Source: an uncultured Spirochaetaceae bacterium
GTDB lineage: Bacteria; Myxococcota_A; UBA9160; UBA4427
Direction of reading: 5' to 3'
NCBI GenBank assembly: GCA_964457385.1
Contig: CAYWGW010000004.1
Location: 1-53,510, forward strand
Length of the DNA: 53,510 nt
Positions 50,154 to 53,510 of the stretch are shown here, in pieces; positions within the stretch are counted from its first letter, which is position 1; the number at the start of each line of letters is the position of its first letter. Under the pieces are notes generated by a model. That model had not been told where the DNA came from. It made no database searches and was given only the letters and a program-made list of their open reading frames with translations. The position numbers were made by a program, and so were the translations under genes.

Positions 50154-50510
50154 CTGACCCGAGGAGGGGCCCTCGGATCCCGAGGTCGGGGGTCGTGTCA
50201 TGACGGCGTTCGGCCTCCGGCTGGGTTCGCGAGCGGCTCGCCGCAGGACCCGGTCTGCCGCGGGGGAGTGGTGGGCGGCGAGCGTCGATGTGCCGCCCGG
50301 ATCTGGATCGTCCCTATCCGGTCACGGGCCCGCAGCCTCAGGTCCTGGACCGAAGCCTCCGATATCGAGGAACCCGGAAGTCTATCGGGCCGCCGGCGTC
50401 CGTTCCAATCGGGATCCGTGTCATCCCGGCCCTCCCAAGGGGCCTGGAACCTTCGGGTGAACGCCGAGCGCGGAGCGATCGTGCGGGATTCGAGCAGGAG
50501 ACAGAGCCGG

Positions 50511-51170
50511 ATGGGTCGCACCGGTCGATCTCGCGCAGCCAGGATCGATTGCCTCGGGTGGTTGCTCTTGCTGCTGGTCTGCACCCCGGCTCCGGAGGCC
50601 CGCTCGTCGGGGCCGATCTACCGCTTCATCGATGCCAACGGGGTGGTCCACTTCAGCGACTCCCCCGTCGATGCGCGCTTCACCCGGATCCGCCCCGTTC
50701 GTCGGGAGGGGCTCGCAATCGCCCCCCGATCGCCGCGTCGTGGCCCGTCTCGTCGCGAGTACGATGGGTTGATACGGCAGCTGGGGCAGCGCCATCGCGT
50801 CCAGCCGGCGCTCGTGAAGGCGGTGATCGCCGCAGAGTCGAACTTCAGACCGGACGCGGTCTCCCGGGTCGGCGCCCAGGGCTTGATGCAGCTGATGCCC
50901 GCGACGGCTCAGGAGCTGGGGGTCGAGAGGCCATTCGTCGTTCATGAGAACATCGACGGTGGCGTACGCTATCTGCGACAGATGTTGGATCGCTACGGCG
51001 ATGTCACGCGGGCCCTCGCGGCCTACAACGCGGGTCCGACCGCTGTGGACCAGTACGGTGGCATTCCCCCCTATCCGGAGACCCGGAGTTACGTCGCCCG
51101 CGTCCTCGAGTACTATCGCGGCTATCGGATCGACTTCGAGGGCGATCCGGGAGTGCGAGACGACCGCTGA
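50511..51170 (+). CDS. Lytic transglycosylase (SLT domain) with N-terminal DUF4124
   Basis: Signal peptide, [41 protein letters not shown]. Confidence 0.9.
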   Translation: MGRTGRSRAARIDCLGWLLLLLVCTPAPEARSSGPIYRFIDANGVVHFSDSPVDARFTRIRPVRREGLAIAPRSPRRGPSRREYDGLIRQLGQRHRVQPALVKAVIAAESNFRPDAVSRVGAQGLMQLMPATAQELGVERPFVVHENIDGGVRYLRQMLDRYGDVTRALAAYNAGPTAVDQYGGIPPYPETRSYVARVLEYYRGYRIDFEGDPGVRDDR

Positions 51171-51181
51171 GGCTTGTTGAT

Positions 51182-51874
51182 GTGACAGCATCCAGAGACG
51201 AGTCTGGAGACAGGGTTGAAGGCGACCCTGGAGGCAAGAGGGTGGATTCCGAGGCGTTGGAGCCCGTAGCCGGCAATCCGGCCTCGTCGATGGTTCCGCC
51301 GCTGGCGCCGGAAATCTTCTGGAACCTGCCGAATACCGTCACGATGCTCCGGATCCTCATCGTTCCGGTTCTGCTCTTTCTGCCCCTCGCCGAGGGGGTC
51401 CGCGGGAGCCGCTTCATGGCGGCGGCCTTCGTCGTGGCGGCGCTCTCGGACCTTCTGGATGGCTGGCTGGCCCGGCGCTACGACGGGCGGGACATCACGC
51501 GGATCGGGAAGCTGCTCGATCCCCTGGCCGACAAGCTGCTGGTCTCGACGGCTCTCATCATGCTGCTGGCGATCGGTCGGATTCCCCTCTGGGGAGCCGG
51601 TATGGTCGTGGTCATCATCGGCCGCGAACTGGCCGTGACGGGGCTCCGCGGGATCGCCTCCTCTCAGGGGCACGTGGTGTCCGCAAGCTGGGCCGGCAAG
51701 CTCAAGACGCTGGCCCAGAACGTCTCCACGGTGGCGCTGCTGCTCCATCACGAGACCTTCGGCCTGCCCGTGCACGGCATCGGGATGACACTTCTCGCCA
51801 TCGCCACGGTACTCACCCTGTGGTCGGGCTACACCTACTTCTCGGACTATTTCGGGGGCCGGCGCCCGGCCTGA
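51182..51874 (+). CDS. pgsA: CDP-diacylglycerol--glycerol-3-phosphate 3-phosphatidyltransferase
   Basis: NLPNTVTMLR, DLLDGWLAR...GKLLDPLADK, RELAVTGLR, GKLKT. The true start may be downstream (51242 or 51290). Confidence 0.93.
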   Translation: MTASRDESGDRVEGDPGGKRVDSEALEPVAGNPASSMVPPLAPEIFWNLPNTVTMLRILIVPVLLFLPLAEGVRGSRFMAAAFVVAALSDLLDGWLARRYDGRDITRIGKLLDPLADKLLVSTALIMLLAIGRIPLWGAGMVVVIIGRELAVTGLRGIASSQGHVVSASWAGKLKTLAQNVSTVALLLHHETFGLPVHGIGMTLLAIATVLTLWSGYTYFSDYFGGRRPA

Positions 51875-51946
51875 TCGCGGGGGGTCGCGCGTGGAGCGCG
51901 GCGAAGACGATCCAGCGCCGGTCTTCCTCTCGAAGGGATCCAATCC

Positions 51947-53260
51947 ATGAGCAAGCTGACTGAACTTCGCAGCCGGATCGATTCCAGGGAGGCCCGCATC
52001 GGGGTGATCGGCCTCGGTTATGTGGGGCTCCCGCTGGCGGTCGAGCTCGGCCAGGCGGGCTTCCGGGTGACGGGATTCGACGTGGACGCGACCAAGGTCC
52101 GCGCGCTGGTCCAGGGTCGATCCTATATCGGGGATGTCGAGTCCGGCTCCATCGCGGCGCTGCTCGAGCAGGGTCGTCTCACGGCCACCACCGGGTTCGA
52201 GACCCTGGCCGCGATGGACGTGATCAACATCTGCGTGCCCACGCCGCTGCGCAAGACCAAGGATCCCGACGTCTCCTACATCGCTGCCGCCGTGTCCGAG
52301 ATCCGCAAGTACCTGCGCGAGGGACAGCTCGTGATCCTCGGCAGCACGACCTACCCGGGCACGACCCACGAGTTCGTGATCCCGATGCTCGAAGATGCCG
52401 GGCTCGAGATCGGCAAGGACTTCTCCCTCGCCTTCGCGCCCGAGCGGATCGATCCGGCCAATCGCCAGTTCAAGGTGAAGAACGTCCCCAAGGTCGTCGG
52501 CGGCGAGACGCCACTCTGCACCGAGCTCGCCTGCCAGGTCTTCGGCACCGTCTTCGAGACGACGGTCCCGGTCTCCTCGACCCAGGCCGCCGAGATGGTG
52601 AAGCTGCTCGAGAATACCTTCCGGGCGATCAACATCGGTCTCGCCAACGAGATCGCCTTGATGTGTGAGAAGCTCGATCTCGACGTCTGGGAGGTGATCG
52701 ACGCGGCGGCGACCAAGCCCTACGGCTTCATGAAGTTCACCCCCGGCCCCGGCCTCGGCGGGCACTGCATCCCCGTCGACCCGGCCTATCTGTCCTGGAA
52801 GATGAAGTCGCTGAACTTCCCAGCCCGCTTCATCGAGCTCGCCACCGAGGTGAATGGCAGCATGCCCGACCACGTGGTGGACCGGATCGCCGAGCTGCTC
52901 AACGAGGATCGGCTCGCCGTCAACGGAGCGCGGATCCTCGTACTCGGTGTGGCCTACAAATCGGGCGTGGATGACATGCGGGAGTCGCCGGCGCTCGACG
53001 TGGTCGCCACACTGCGTCGGCGCGGCGCCGAGATCCGGTATCACGACCCCTATGTCGCGGAATGCGACTTCGCGGGCGAGTCGATGAAGTCCGTCGACCT
53101 GACCGACGACGTACTTCGGGGCTGCGATCTGATCGTGATCCTCACGGACCATCCCGACGTCGACTACGATCGCGTCGTGCGCGTGGGGCCCCGGGTCTTC
53201 GATACCCGCAATGCCACGAAGGCCGTGCGAGCGGATCGGGAGAAGATCACCAAGCTGTAG
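51947..53260 (+). CDS. Nucleotide sugar dehydrogenase (UDP-GlcNAc/ManNAc 6-dehydrogenase, WbpA/WecC family)
   Basis: GLGYVG, CVPTP, STTYPG, PERIDP, KLLEN, GGHCIPVDP, GVAYK..VDDMRESP. Confidence 0.93.
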   Translation: MSKLTELRSRIDSREARIGVIGLGYVGLPLAVELGQAGFRVTGFDVDATKVRALVQGRSYIGDVESGSIAALLEQGRLTATTGFETLAAMDVINICVPTPLRKTKDPDVSYIAAAVSEIRKYLREGQLVILGSTTYPGTTHEFVIPMLEDAGLEIGKDFSLAFAPERIDPANRQFKVKNVPKVVGGETPLCTELACQVFGTVFETTVPVSSTQAAEMVKLLENTFRAINIGLANEIALMCEKLDLDVWEVIDAAATKPYGFMKFTPGPGLGGHCIPVDPAYLSWKMKSLNFPARFIELATEVNGSMPDHVVDRIAELLNEDRLAVNGARILVLGVAYKSGVDDMRESPALDVVATLRRRGAEIRYHDPYVAECDFAGESMKSVDLTDDVLRGCDLIVILTDHPDVDYDRVVRVGPRVFDTRNATKAVRADREKITKL

Positions 53261-53352
53261 GAATGCCCGGCTGACTCATTCCCGAGGGGCAAGATGCGCC
53301 GGGCTCGAGTCGGTCTCGCTTGCTCGCTTCGAGGGGTCCCGCAGACGAGCGC

Positions 53353-53381
53353 TTGACGATGGCCCGAGGGTTGCTTAAACA
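53353..53381 (+). promoter_or_regulatory. Possible tRNA promoter
   Basis: TTGACG-17 nt-TAAACA upstream of the tRNA; the -10 element is imperfect. Confidence 0.4.
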
Positions 53382-53434
53382 CTAGCTCCCGCCGCGTCGT
53401 ACCAACCGATGCGGCTCGATCACGGCGGTTTCAT

Positions 53435-53510
53435 GCACGAGTAGCTCAGTTGGTAGAGCATCACGTTGCCAACGTGAGGGTCGCCAGTTCGAATCTGGTC
53501 TCGTGCTCCA
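53435..53510 (+). tRNA. tRNA-Gly (GCC)
   Basis: 76-nt cloverleaf: acceptor GCACGAG/CTCGTGC, D-arm GCTC/GAGC, anticodon arm TCACG-TTGCCAA-CGTGA, T-loop TTCGAAT, U73 and encoded CCA. Confidence 0.97.

Noticed and set aside
48429-51170. 913-aa ORF ending in an SLT domain
   Set aside because: The upstream part is antisense to nadB. The real gene starts at ATG 50511 after AGGAG.
1-53510. Mobile elements, prophage or defence systems
   Set aside because: No transposase, integrase, phage structural, nuclease-effector or reverse transcriptase motifs were recognised, and no obvious low-GC island was seen.

Overview
High-GC bacterial chromosomal segment. The gene repertoire (a giant TPR protein, TIGR02266-like PilZ proteins, DUF4388, a Hanks kinase, a specialised Hsp70) suggests Myxococcota; this is inference, not a database result. 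Most of the window is housekeeping: yebC-ruvCAB, lpxC, rimI-pyrK-pyrD, rimP-nusA-infB-DUF503-rbfA-truB-rpsO-pnp-dut-cdsA, purC/purF, nadB, slt-pgsA-nucleotide-sugar dehydrogenase and a terminal tRNA-Gly(GCC). I found no mobile element, CRISPR array, prophage or defence island. The most notable items are: (1) a lipoprotein fusing two redoxin domains to an octaheme c554-type cytochrome, whose thioredoxin motif reads CPHCH; (2) a probable non-canonical ATC start for rimP behind an ideal SD and an attenuator hairpin, coupled to nusA; (3) rplX outside the spc operon, paired with rpmG, both Cys-free; (4) a large multibranch RNA leader before rpsO and a structured pnp leader; (5) a lid-less Hsp70 with its own J-protein; (6) many short 9-18 bp tandem duplications, two of which copy a gene's last 12 nt including the stop codon. 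Several start codons are my best estimates.
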